Below, in pieces: positions 38,441-47,751 of a stretch of DNA of 64,000 nucleotides. Within the stretch, counting starts at the first letter, position 1; each line of letters starts with the position of its first letter. The position numbers and the translations under genes are program-made. The stretch comes from an uncultured Spirochaetia bacterium (GTDB lineage: Bacteria > Desulfobacterota_D > UBA1144 > Nemesobacterales > CSP1-2): assembly GCA_964636885.1 (NCBI GenBank), contig CAZWVA010000002.1, forward strand, positions 22,050-86,049. The letters are read 5' to 3'. The notes beneath the pieces are model-generated. The model saw only the letters and a program-made list of their open reading frames with translations. It was not told where the DNA came from and did not search any database.

Positions 38441-39619
38441 GTGGGTTTTGACCGGATCTTGGGGATCCGAGATCAGAAGGAGGGGATTATGGATTCAAGG
38501 ACCCTAAAAGTAGAGTTACAGAGTTATGGGCTTAGGATTCCCGATACGAGGGGCATAAGGAGGGGTGGAGCAGGACCTACGGGTGGGATCCATATCAAGA
38601 TCCTTCCCGACAGTGAGGGGAACGTGCCTGTTGTAGGCGATTTCGTTGATTCCTCTCCGTATTATCTGGACCGGATAAACGGTGAATACTGGGTTTTTAA
38701 AAACGACGTTGCCGTAGCTCAGGTAGAGCTCATGGGGGTGGCGAGGTTCTACGACTATAAGACCTCATCCGGGATACCGATGCAAAGGGTCGGACTCCTC
38801 CACTGCCCGACTACATTTGCCACAACGCTCCTTCAAACCTGCGATTTCTGGGAGGACGAGAGGCGTTGCAAGTTTTGCGGGATCGAACTCACGCTTAAGG
38901 ATAGGAGTACAGTAGGATTTAAGAACGCAAAGAGCCTGGTTGAGACCATACTCTGTGCAAAGGAACTAGATGGGATTACGAATATAGTTTTTACCTCCGG
39001 GGTTGCCAAGGACGAGGAAAAGGCACTCTCAAAATACGCCGAGATATGTTCGGAGGTGAAGAGATCGACCGATCTACCGATACAGCTTCAGATAATTCCA
39101 CCCGGGGACCTATCATGGCTTAAGAGGCTGAGGGATGCCGGTGTAGATGCCCTCGGTGTTCACATCGAAACCTTCGATCCAGACGTGTTTGAAAAGATAA
39201 CCCCTGGAAAGGCGAGGATCGGGTTTAATAGGTACGTTGAGACGTGGAAGGAGGCCGTGAACGTCTTTGGGAGGTGGCAGGTTAGTACATACGTGCTTGT
39301 TGGACTCGGGGAGAGACTAGAGACGATAATAGAGGGAACGGCCCTCTGCGCCGACATAGGGGTTTATCCGTTCATCGTTCCGTTTCGACCGATTGCGGGA
39401 ACGCCTATGGAGAATGTAAGGCCACCCGATCCCAAGGTGATGGAGTATGTCTATACAGAGGCCGCAAAGGTGCTTTCAAGGTATGATGGGGGCTCAAAGA
39501 GCAGTAAGGCGGGGTGTGTAAGCTGTGGTGAGTGCTCTGCGCTCCCCGATTTTGAAAGGGCTTTAAATCCCGGTGGGGTGGGATTTAAAAGGTTTGTAAA
39601 ACCGACTAACGTGATCTGA
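38441..39619 (+). CDS. Radical SAM protein with a non-canonical Cys motif (MSMEG_0568 family-like).
   Basis: Cys cluster 'HCPTTFATTLLQTCDFWEDERRCKFCG' (C-x8-C-x2-C rather than CxxxCxxC). TIM-barrel-like rSAM core (GITNIVFTSG; VLVGLGE). C-terminal CxxC. Confidence 0.65.
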   Translation: MGFDRILGIRDQKEGIMDSRTLKVELQSYGLRIPDTRGIRRGGAGPTGGIHIKILPDSEGNVPVVGDFVDSSPYYLDRINGEYWVFKNDVAVAQVELMGVARFYDYKTSSGIPMQRVGLLHCPTTFATTLLQTCDFWEDERRCKFCGIELTLKDRSTVGFKNAKSLVETILCAKELDGITNIVFTSGVAKDEEKALSKYAEICSEVKRSTDLPIQLQIIPPGDLSWLKRLRDAGVDALGVHIETFDPDVFEKITPGKARIGFNRYVETWKEAVNVFGRWQVSTYVLVGLGERLETIIEGTALCADIGVYPFIVPFRPIAGTPMENVRPPDPKVMEYVYTEAAKVLSRYDGGSKSSKAGCVSCGECSALPDFERALNPGGVGFKRFVKPTNVI

Positions 39620-39658
39620 TCTTTTTGGATTTGTATAAATGACTCCCTTCTTCCTCTC

Positions 39659-41071
39659 GTGGAAGTCGGAGGAGGTCTAAGAGGTGATGGTAAGATGACT
39701 CAAAACGATCTACGTATCATCGTGGTAGGAGGGGGTGCTGCTGGGATCTCAGCAGCATCCACGGCAAGGTCCGTAGCCCCTCAGGCCTCGGTTATCCTTT
39801 TTACCGAGTTTGAAGATGTGGCATATAGCCCCTGTGGTATTCCATTCGTTCATGGAAGGGAGATCCCTGATTTTAAGAGCCTTTTTCTTCAAACCCCTGA
39901 GCACTATGCCGAGATCGGAATAGACCTCAGGCTCCAAACAACCGTTACCGGGATAGATCTCGAAAAGCGTACTGTAAGTGTTGGCTCCCAGGTATTTCCC
40001 TGGGACCGTCTTGTTATCGCTACCGGATTCGAGTATGAAAAGCCTGCCATTCCGGGTGTAGACCTAGAGGGGCTTTACTATGTAAAAAACATCCGCCGCG
40101 CAATGGAGTTTGACAAGATACTCGATCAGGTAAAGAGGGTCGTCGTTGTATCGGCAACGCCACTGGGGATCGAGATGACTGGAAACCTCGCCCAGAGGGG
40201 GCTTGAGACGCACCTTGTGGATGAAGGCCCTTGGCTTATGTCAGAGGTTGCCGACCCGGACATAATGCAACCCGTGCAGAAGTCTCTCGAGGAACTTGGG
40301 GCAAGGATCTATCTGGGGACAAAGGTGCTTGAGTTTAAGGGGGAAAACGGAAGGGTAAGATCCATCAGCACCACGGCTGGGGACATAGAATGCGATGTGG
40401 TTGTTATCGCTACTCATAAGAAGCCGAATAACCGTCTTTCCCGCGAGGCGGGGCTAAAGATAGGGGCAACGGGTGGGATAATAGTGGACGACCATATGAG
40501 AACCTCTATGAAGGATGTTTATGCGGCCGGTGACTGCATAGAGGTCATTCACGGTGTGACCGATCTTCCCATTCAGGGGCTTTCCGGGAGTCACGCCTAC
40601 TCTCAGGGAAGGGTGGCGGGGGCCAACGCCGCGGGCGATGACCGGGCCTATGACCCGGTATATGTCCCTTGGGGAATGGTAGGGGGAAGGGTCCAGATCG
40701 GTGGGGTTTCTCTTGGAGAAACCCTGCATAAGGCCCTGGGGATACCACATATAGTAGCCGCCGCGCAGGGGATTTCGAGGGCGAGGTACTATCCTGGGGT
40801 AAGCAGGATCCTAGTAAAACTCATCGCCGACCCGAAAACGCTTCGCGTGATGGGTGCTCAAATGGCGGGTGGCGAGGGGATTAAAGAGAGGGCCGATTTT
40901 CTCGCATTTGCCATAAAGCGCGGGGCTACTCTCGAAGACTTTGCCTGGATGGAAAACGTCTATTCTCCTCCGATCGGGGCATTGATGGAGCCGATTGCCC
41001 TTGCGGCACAGGCTGGATTGGCTGAATTGAAGAAGCGAGGAGCCGAACCCCCCAAATTCGCTGGTGCATGA
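39659..41071 (+). CDS. FAD-dependent pyridine nucleotide-disulfide oxidoreductase (MSMEG_0569 family-like).
   Basis: Dinucleotide-binding motif 'IVVGGGAAGISAAS', a second Rossmann motif (VVVVSATPLGIEM), and 'AAGDCIEV'. Confidence 0.75.
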   Translation: MEVGGGLRGDGKMTQNDLRIIVVGGGAAGISAASTARSVAPQASVILFTEFEDVAYSPCGIPFVHGREIPDFKSLFLQTPEHYAEIGIDLRLQTTVTGIDLEKRTVSVGSQVFPWDRLVIATGFEYEKPAIPGVDLEGLYYVKNIRRAMEFDKILDQVKRVVVVSATPLGIEMTGNLAQRGLETHLVDEGPWLMSEVADPDIMQPVQKSLEELGARIYLGTKVLEFKGENGRVRSISTTAGDIECDVVVIATHKKPNNRLSREAGLKIGATGGIIVDDHMRTSMKDVYAAGDCIEVIHGVTDLPIQGLSGSHAYSQGRVAGANAAGDDRAYDPVYVPWGMVGGRVQIGGVSLGETLHKALGIPHIVAAAQGISRARYYPGVSRILVKLIADPKTLRVMGAQMAGGEGIKERADFLAFAIKRGATLEDFAWMENVYSPPIGALMEPIALAAQAGLAELKKRGAEPPKFAGA

Positions 41072-41085
41072 AAAGGGAAGGCTAA

Positions 41086-41349
41086 ATGTCAGAGAAAAGA
41101 TCATTCGGTGAGTGGTTGAGAAAAAACGCCGAAAAATACCTGCTCGAAGCCGCCGCAGATGAGATGGCAGTCCGTTACCCTGGTCTCTGTGTGAAACCCT
41201 ACAGAGAAAGGGGAATCGTCCCCTTCTTCTGGAGGAGCGTCTTTGTCCCCATTTATTCAAGGATCCCCTGGAGCATCCGCAAGAAGGTGATCCTTTTTAG
41301 CTCCTATCCCACTGGGGAACGCCCCCAGTGGAAGAGGCGGAGTTACTAA
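41086..41349 (+). CDS. Small 87-aa protein, MSMEG_0570 family-like.
   Basis: Size and position (after the flavin oxidoreductase and before the glycosyltransferase) match the small conserved member of the nitrogen-starvation cluster. Confidence 0.45.
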   Translation: MSEKRSFGEWLRKNAEKYLLEAAADEMAVRYPGLCVKPYRERGIVPFFWRSVFVPIYSRIPWSIRKKVILFSSYPTGERPQWKRRSY

Positions 41350-41394
41350 GACACGGGCCTGATTCTGGGATCTAGGGTATCTCCCCTGCCCTCT

Positions 41395-42417
41395 TTGGTT
41401 GTTGGATTTCTTGATATGCTAGTTGTCGCTGAGGCCATAGGTTACAAGGCACTAAAGGCGCTAAGAGGTTCCGGAGGAACGGCCAGGGTGTATAGCGCTT
41501 TTGATCACGCCCTTTATATAAGACCCCGCAGGGGTTCCCTTATAAGTGTGATTAGAGACAGGGACTACATAGGCCCAGCCTCAATATTGCTCAGGGAATC
41601 CAGTTATATGGATTTTAAGTCAATGGGTATTAATGAGGGGACGAGAATAGAGGTTAGAAATGATAGACTGGTCTTTCAGGGTAGTGTACTCACGATTGAG
41701 ATGGGTAGCCCCTCTATCTGGTTCCCTCCTCCCATTCCTCGGCGAAGCGAACTCGTGGGATTGGGGAGCATGAGCCTAAACCTCAGGGTCCTTAGGGATA
41801 TGATATACACCGCCCCGAGCCGGGAAGGGCTGGTTCCGCTCTTAGAGAACGTTGAGCTATACGGGCCCCTTCAGATCTTTCTTAAACCGCAAAAGCCCAC
41901 GCTTTCTGAGAGGACAAGACCCTATATAGAAACGCTCATGTGGGGGCTTTTTTGGGGCGATATCGATGCGATTATAAGTAACGCCCTACAGATACTCGGA
42001 CTCGGCCCTGGGCTTACCCCCTCATGCGATGATTTTCTAACGGGTTTAATCCTCGGTTTAGTCATAGGCGGGAAGGTGCTTCTAAGGGAGAGAAGGAAGG
42101 AGCTTGTTTTTTACAGAAGGGTTTCTTCCGAGATATGCCGGGCGGCGAAGGGTAAAACGACCATATACAGTGAGATCCTTCTAAACCAAGCCCGCCGTGG
42201 CGAAGGGCCTCATGCCCTAATCGGACTCATCCACGCCCTTCTCACAGGGGGACCGGATAGGGTTGCGAGCTTATCAAAGACCGTAATAGCCATGGGAGAG
42301 ACCTCTGGGGCGGATATTTCAATCGGGGTCTACTATGGAATCCGGTTTTTGGTTTCTAGACTAGAAAGGATGGAGGATCTACTCAGTTTAATGGATAGTC
42401 CAGATGGAATCGCTTAA
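41395..42417 (+). CDS. Hypothetical 340-aa protein. It may be a DUF2877 (YlbF/AllH-like) third subunit for FdrA/DUF1116, but this is speculative.
   Basis: TTG start. Soluble protein. The N-terminal region 'SAFDHALYIRPRRGSLISVIRDRDYIGPASILL' is reminiscent of YlbF-family proteins. Overlaps the glycosyltransferase gene by 14 nt. Confidence 0.35.
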   Translation: MVVGFLDMLVVAEAIGYKALKALRGSGGTARVYSAFDHALYIRPRRGSLISVIRDRDYIGPASILLRESSYMDFKSMGINEGTRIEVRNDRLVFQGSVLTIEMGSPSIWFPPPIPRRSELVGLGSMSLNLRVLRDMIYTAPSREGLVPLLENVELYGPLQIFLKPQKPTLSERTRPYIETLMWGLFWGDIDAIISNALQILGLGPGLTPSCDDFLTGLILGLVIGGKVLLRERRKELVFYRRVSSEICRAAKGKTTIYSEILLNQARRGEGPHALIGLIHALLTGGPDRVASLSKTVIAMGETSGADISIGVYYGIRFLVSRLERMEDLLSLMDSPDGIA

Positions 42418-43591
42418 AATCGCACTCCTTACCTATTCGACGAAGCCGAGAGGAGGCGTGGTCCATACCCTAAACCTGGCCGAGAGGTTGGTTCTTCTCA
42501 ATCACAGGGTTCATATATACGCCCTTAGTGGAGGGGAGGGCTTTTTTAGGCCAGTGGGCGTTCCGCATACTCTCATTCCTTGCCCGGTGGTAGCCGGTGA
42601 GGACATCGACGATAAGGTGAGAAGATATATCCGTATCTACTCCGAGTACATGGCTTCTATAAGGGAGGACTACGATATTTACCACGCACAGGACTGTATA
42701 TCCGCAAACGCCCTATTCGAGATCAGGAGTCGCGGTTTAATCAGGTTCTTTGTAAGAACCGTTCATCATATAGACGATTTCACATCTGAGTCCCTTATTG
42801 ACTGTCAGTTAAGAAGCATCGTAGAGCCCGATTACCTGATTGTTGTCAGTAGGTTTTGGGAGAGAGAACTCCGCTCCCGTTATTCCCTGAACTCCACCCT
42901 CATATATAACGGGGTGGATCTAGAGAGGTTTAGGGCAAACGAGAAGGCCTCAAAAGAAGAGGCAAAGGGGGATTTCTCTCTTAAAGGGTACAATGTGATG
43001 CTTAGTATAGGGGGGATCGAGCCTCGGAAAAACGCTCTTACCGCGCTCAGGGCGTTTGGTATCGCAAGCCGGTATTTTAAGGCAAGGGGTAAGCGCCTTG
43101 TGTGGTTGATAGGAGGAGGGGAGACGCTCTTTGATTACAGGGCCTATAGGGAAGGGTTCTTTTCCGAGATAAAAGAGCTCGGACTAAGAGTCGGTGAGGA
43201 TATAATCGTACTTGGAGCCGTTCCTGAGGACTCAATGGTTAAGCTCTACAGGGCAGCGGACGTCTTTGTCTTCCCCTCTATTAAAGAGGGATGGGGACTC
43301 GTCGTGCTTGAGGCCATGGCATCTGGGCTTCCCGTAATCGCCTCTGGTATAGAGCCTATGACGGATTACCTGATGGACGGGGAGAACGCCCTTTTGGTTT
43401 CCCCTATGGACCATGAGGGCTTGGCCGAAAGGATTATAGGTATCTTAGAGGAAGCCGGGCTTCGTGATAAACTGATTAGAAACGGAATGAAGACGGTCGA
43501 ATCCTATAGCTGGCAAAAGACCGCTTTAAAGCACTCGGAGTTTTATAGGGGAATTCTGGAGGGTATCGGACGGATTAAAGAGCGAACTTGA
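42404..43591 (+). CDS. Glycosyltransferase family 4/GT1 (MSMEG_0565 family-like).
   Basis: GT-B fold. C-terminal 'FVFPSIKEGWGLVVLEAMASGLPVIAS' EX7E motif. Confidence 0.8.
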   Translation: MESLKIALLTYSTKPRGGVVHTLNLAERLVLLNHRVHIYALSGGEGFFRPVGVPHTLIPCPVVAGEDIDDKVRRYIRIYSEYMASIREDYDIYHAQDCISANALFEIRSRGLIRFFVRTVHHIDDFTSESLIDCQLRSIVEPDYLIVVSRFWERELRSRYSLNSTLIYNGVDLERFRANEKASKEEAKGDFSLKGYNVMLSIGGIEPRKNALTALRAFGIASRYFKARGKRLVWLIGGGETLFDYRAYREGFFSEIKELGLRVGEDIIVLGAVPEDSMVKLYRAADVFVFPSIKEGWGLVVLEAMASGLPVIASGIEPMTDYLMDGENALLVSPMDHEGLAERIIGILEEAGLRDKLIRNGMKTVESYSWQKTALKHSEFYRGILEGIGRIKERT

Positions 43592-44066
43592 GATCTAACG
43601 CAAGTGGGATCCTCTGATACCTGGTTTGCCCAAAACAAGACCCGTATTCCGATTGAGTGACATAAGGGTTGCCTGACCACGCCTTGCATACCGCTTCGTC
43701 AGTATGTGATGACCTTACATACCGAAGAATGACGAGCTTTGATGTGGAGTGAGTTTTCTTATGGACGAGATTGTTGAACGACAAAAGGACGTTGAGACTA
43801 GTCAATGAAATATCTTGTGAAAGGTTAGACAGCAGCAGGTGATGGGATTGTTGTAGTCGCCAAAAAAGCCCTAGCGAAACCGGTTTCATCACCGTATGCC
43901 GTTTATAGCAAAGATCGGTTTCAGAAAAAGGAGGTCTTAAAAGTCTTGGCTACTGTTGCTTATTCCTGCCTTTAATCCGTATCGATACAAAAAGACGCTC
44001 GGTTTAAAGTCCGGGCCAGGGGTTAAAGGTGAGTTCTTTTGGTGAGATGGTATAATCAAGATACAG

Positions 44067-45842
44067 ATGAAAAAGAGGAATTTCTCAGATCTTCAGGATT
44101 TCATCGGGTATCTTGAGGCGATAGGGGATCTAAAGAGGATAAAGGCAGAGGTCGACCCCATACTCGAAATCACTGAGATCTCATCAAGGGTGATTAAGGA
44201 AAAGGGTCCGGCACTCCTATTTGAGAACGTAAGGGGCTCCTCATATCCCCTTGCGATTAACCTCTTTGGAACCGAGGAGCGGATGGAGCTTGCCCTTGGT
44301 AGGAAACCGAAAGAGGTGGGAGAAGAGTTGGTTTTCCTATTTGAAAAACTGAATCCCCCTTCTCTGATGTCCTTCTTTTCTATACTCCCCAGGGTATTTG
44401 GGTTCCTCTCCATGAGGACTAAGGATGTGAGAAGCGGGGTGGTTCAAGAGGTAGAGGAGGAGCCAGACCTGGACAGGCTACCCATAATAAAATGCTGGCC
44501 TAAGGATGGCGGCAGGTTCATAACGCTTGGTCTCGTTCTAACCCAGGACCCGGTTACGAGGAGAAGAAACCTTGGGCTCTACAGGATGCAGGTATATGAC
44601 AAGAGGACGACGGGTATGCACTGGCATCCACATAAGGGTGGTGCGGCTCATTACCACGAGGCAGCGAAGCTCGGGATCGACCTTGAGGCCGCAGTCGTTC
44701 TCGGAGGAGACCCAAAGATGATCTTCACAGCCGTTGCCCCGCTTCCCGAAGGCATGGACGAGATCGCCTTCGCGAGCTACCTCCGCGGGAGCCCTATCCC
44801 GATGGTTCGGGGAAAGAGCGTATCCCTTAGTGTCCCTGCAAACGCAGAGTTTGTGATAGAAGGCGTCGTTCCCCAGGGTGAGATAAGGCGTGAGGGTCCA
44901 TTTGGAGACCACTTTGGGCACTACTCGATGGAGGCCGATTTTCCGGTCTTTAGGGTGAGTGAGATAACACACAGGAATAACCCAATTTATCCGGCAACGG
45001 TGGTGGGGAAGCCCCCAAAGGAGGATTTATTCCTTGGGATCGCGGCGGCCGAGATGTTCTCCCCGCTTATAAGGATCATACAACCGGAGGTAAAGGGGAT
45101 GTGGGCATATCCGGAGGCCGGGTTCCACAACCTCCTTGTCGTCTCTGTTGACGAGAGGTATCCAAAGAACGGGATAAAGGCCATGCTCGCCCTCTGGGGT
45201 ACTGGACAGCTTCTCCTTACAAAGTGCATGATAACGGTCTCAAGCGATGTGAACCCGAGGGATTTTAGCGCCGTTCTTAGGGAGATAGGGGAGAACTTTG
45301 ATCCCAGGGAGGACTTTCTCCTCATTCCCTGGGCCCCATTAGATACGCTGGACTTTACGAGCGGGAAGCTGAACGTGGGAAGCAAGATGGGGATTAACGC
45401 CGTAAGGCGCCTAAACGGTTCGGGCAGAAAGCGGGAGGTTCCAAAGAGCGTTCCAGACCCGAGGGAGAAGATAGGAGAGGTTCTAGACCACAGGCTTCTT
45501 CCAGGGGGTTTCCTTGTCTTAAAGGTTAGGAAGAATCCTAAGGACACGATCCGTAGGGTTTTCGATTTGCCGGGATATGGAGACATAAGGATCGTTGCCG
45601 TCGTAAGCCCGGATATTGACATACACGATGACACGGAGCTAATATGGGGTATATTTACGAGGTTTGATCCATATCTCGACGTCGTATTCGAGGAGACGGA
45701 ACTCCGCGGCTCTGCTGTCGTTTACGGTGGGAGGATGGGGATAGATGCCTCTTTTAAGGAGTGGTATCCTGAGGTAATCGAGATGTCGGAAGACGTAAAA
45801 GGGAAGGTGAGAGAGAGATGGAAGGAGTACTGGAGAGAATAG
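44067..45842 (+). CDS. UbiD-family decarboxylase (prenylated-FMN dependent), likely menaquinone/futalosine-pathway associated.
   Basis: 591 aa with the UbiD N-terminus (DLQDFIGYLEAIGDLKRIKAEVDP...LLFENVRGS) and the conserved decarboxylase core. Confidence 0.8.
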   Translation: MKKRNFSDLQDFIGYLEAIGDLKRIKAEVDPILEITEISSRVIKEKGPALLFENVRGSSYPLAINLFGTEERMELALGRKPKEVGEELVFLFEKLNPPSLMSFFSILPRVFGFLSMRTKDVRSGVVQEVEEEPDLDRLPIIKCWPKDGGRFITLGLVLTQDPVTRRRNLGLYRMQVYDKRTTGMHWHPHKGGAAHYHEAAKLGIDLEAAVVLGGDPKMIFTAVAPLPEGMDEIAFASYLRGSPIPMVRGKSVSLSVPANAEFVIEGVVPQGEIRREGPFGDHFGHYSMEADFPVFRVSEITHRNNPIYPATVVGKPPKEDLFLGIAAAEMFSPLIRIIQPEVKGMWAYPEAGFHNLLVVSVDERYPKNGIKAMLALWGTGQLLLTKCMITVSSDVNPRDFSAVLREIGENFDPREDFLLIPWAPLDTLDFTSGKLNVGSKMGINAVRRLNGSGRKREVPKSVPDPREKIGEVLDHRLLPGGFLVLKVRKNPKDTIRRVFDLPGYGDIRIVAVVSPDIDIHDDTELIWGIFTRFDPYLDVVFEETELRGSAVVYGGRMGIDASFKEWYPEVIEMSEDVKGKVRERWKEYWRE

Positions 45843-46927
45843 AGACCCTTTGCAGGGACAGATCCCTTTTAGGGATACTCAAGAAGGTCGAAAGGGGCGA
45901 GAGGATAACCTTTGAAGACGGGCTAAGGATCCTTGAGACCCATGACCTAAACACGGTTGGTATGATGGCCGATTACGTGAAGAGGAAGAGGGAAGGGGAT
46001 AGGGTCTACTTTGTCGTAAATCGCCATGTGAATCCGACAAATATATGCGCTATATCGTGCAAATTCTGTGCCTTCGGGGTGACAAAGAGGTCTCCCGATG
46101 CCTATGAATTAACCCATGAGCAGATACTCTCCATGCTAAGCGAAGAGATAAGGGAGGTTCACATAGTGGGTGGGCTTCATCCAAACTGGGGATTTGATCA
46201 TTATCTGGGCATCGTGAGGCTTATTAAAGAAGCCTACCCAAAGACACACGTAAAGGCGTTTACCGCTGTTGAAGTGGACTGGTTTACGGAGATAAGCGGA
46301 AAGAGCGTAGAAGAGGTACTTCTAGACCTAAAGGAAGCCGGGGTGGATGCACTTACGGGAGGTGGTGCGGAGATCCTTCATCCGGACGTAAGGAAAAAGA
46401 TATGCGCTCCTAAAACGGTTGCAACGAGATGGGAGGAGATACACAAGCTCGCTCACAGGCTAGGCATACCGACAAACGCCACCATTCTCTACGGACACAT
46501 AGAGGAGCCATTTCATGTGGTTGACCATCTTGAAAGGCTAAGAAGGATAGAGGACGAATCGCCGGGGTTCTTTGCGTTCATTCCGGTACTCTTTCAGCCT
46601 GAAAATACAGGGCTCAAGAAACAGGTAAAGTTCGTTCCGGCCTCTTATGATCTAAAGGTGCACGCCCTTGCACGTCTCTATCTCGATAACTTCCCCCACA
46701 TAAAGGCCTACTGGATAACACTCGGCGAAAAACTAGCACAGGTCGCCCTCCACTACGGGGCAAGCGATGCAGATGGAACGATAATGAGGGAAAAAATAAT
46801 CCACGATGCCGGGGCACCGTCCGAGGTCGGCCATAGCAGGGATTTTATGGTCAATATGATAAAGAACGCCGGATACACCCCCGTTGAAAGGGACGCCCTT
46901 TACAATGTGGTCAGGGTTTATTCGTAG
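45818..46927 (+). CDS. Radical SAM enzyme of the MqnC/MqnE family (futalosine pathway).
   Basis: Motif 'CAISCKFCAFG' (CxxxCxxC, MqnC/MqnE-type). 369 aa. A 25-nt overlap with the UbiD gene. Confidence 0.75.
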   Translation: MEGVLERIETLCRDRSLLGILKKVERGERITFEDGLRILETHDLNTVGMMADYVKRKREGDRVYFVVNRHVNPTNICAISCKFCAFGVTKRSPDAYELTHEQILSMLSEEIREVHIVGGLHPNWGFDHYLGIVRLIKEAYPKTHVKAFTAVEVDWFTEISGKSVEEVLLDLKEAGVDALTGGGAEILHPDVRKKICAPKTVATRWEEIHKLAHRLGIPTNATILYGHIEEPFHVVDHLERLRRIEDESPGFFAFIPVLFQPENTGLKKQVKFVPASYDLKVHALARLYLDNFPHIKAYWITLGEKLAQVALHYGASDADGTIMREKIIHDAGAPSEVGHSRDFMVNMIKNAGYTPVERDALYNVVRVYS

Positions 46928-47052
46928 GGAGTGCATATACGCATACAAAGGAGTCATTCTTTCGACCTTGAGGTCGTAGGGTATGACGAATCTTCAGGCA
47001 CGTACTTACCTCCTCATTCTAAATGTGGAGGGTGATCTCCCTGATCTATCTC

Positions 47053-47442
47053 TTATATCGAAACCGCTATTTTACCCTCCTCAAAAAGGGGCCTTTGGAT
47101 TCCCCAACTCCAGACCCTCTGAGGCGTAATCTCGATGTAAAGACCCCTGCCGAATCTACCATCTCGCTCCACGATCTCAGCGGTGCCATGCACCTTTATT
47201 CCTCTTGGCCTCCAGGGATTTACGGATTCGAGATCGTCAATCACAAGGGCTACCTTCTTGTTTCCGCTCTTTATGTTCTTGTATTTAAGCGTTTTTTCCA
47301 TATTGAGGCTTGGGATTATGAATCTCTCCCCCTCGAATTCGTAACTTACGACGGCAACATCCGGCTGAAGGCCCTTTGAAACGGTTGCCACTCTTGCCAG
47401 TTTCTGTGATCTTAAGAAATCCACCTCTTTCTCAGAAAACAT
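47053..47442 (-). CDS. Pyridoxamine 5'-phosphate oxidase-like FMN-binding protein (PPOX class).
   Basis: Split-barrel signature 'LARVATVSKGLQPDVAVVSYEFEG...RPRGIKVHGTAEIV'. Confidence 0.7.
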   Translation of the reverse strand: MFSEKEVDFLRSQKLARVATVSKGLQPDVAVVSYEFEGERFIIPSLNMEKTLKYKNIKSGNKKVALVIDDLESVNPWRPRGIKVHGTAEIVERDGRFGRGLYIEITPQRVWSWGIQRPLFEEGKIAVSI

Positions 47443-47751
47443 GGATGTTTCCTCCCCTTAACAGTAGAGTTTAAGTCTATTTTAAATCGTTGTGTGTTGT
47501 AACTACATTTTTAGTTGTAGAATTTTGGGTGAATAGATTCAGAGAGCAACCCGCCGCTTGGCTGTATGCGGTATTTTCTGGTCTTCCGATTTGCCGGGCA
47601 TTTCGGAACATGGTAAAGTCAATTTCTAAGGGATTTCTAAATCCTATAAACGCCACGGTAAAGGCATGGCTCAAAGATCAACTGACTTAGGTTTTATTCC
47701 GATGGGATACCATGCCATACGTACTAAGTAAGGTGGACTGACTCTAGGAAT

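Noticed and set aside
43575-43892. 105-aa minus-strand ORF in the long intergenic region upstream of ubiD.
   Set aside because: No RBS and an atypical composition. It lies in a region more plausibly acting as a 5' leader or promoter. Treated as spurious.
43990-44025. 'AAAGUCCGGGCC' resembling the conserved P4 region of RNase P RNA.
   Set aside because: No other RNase P elements are present on either strand, such as a GNRA-capped P12, the ACAGAAAGU...A-rich J3/4 region, or the 3' P4 strand. The UbiD gene starts only about 45 nt downstream, leaving no room for a roughly 350-nt RNA. It is most likely a chance match in a leader region.
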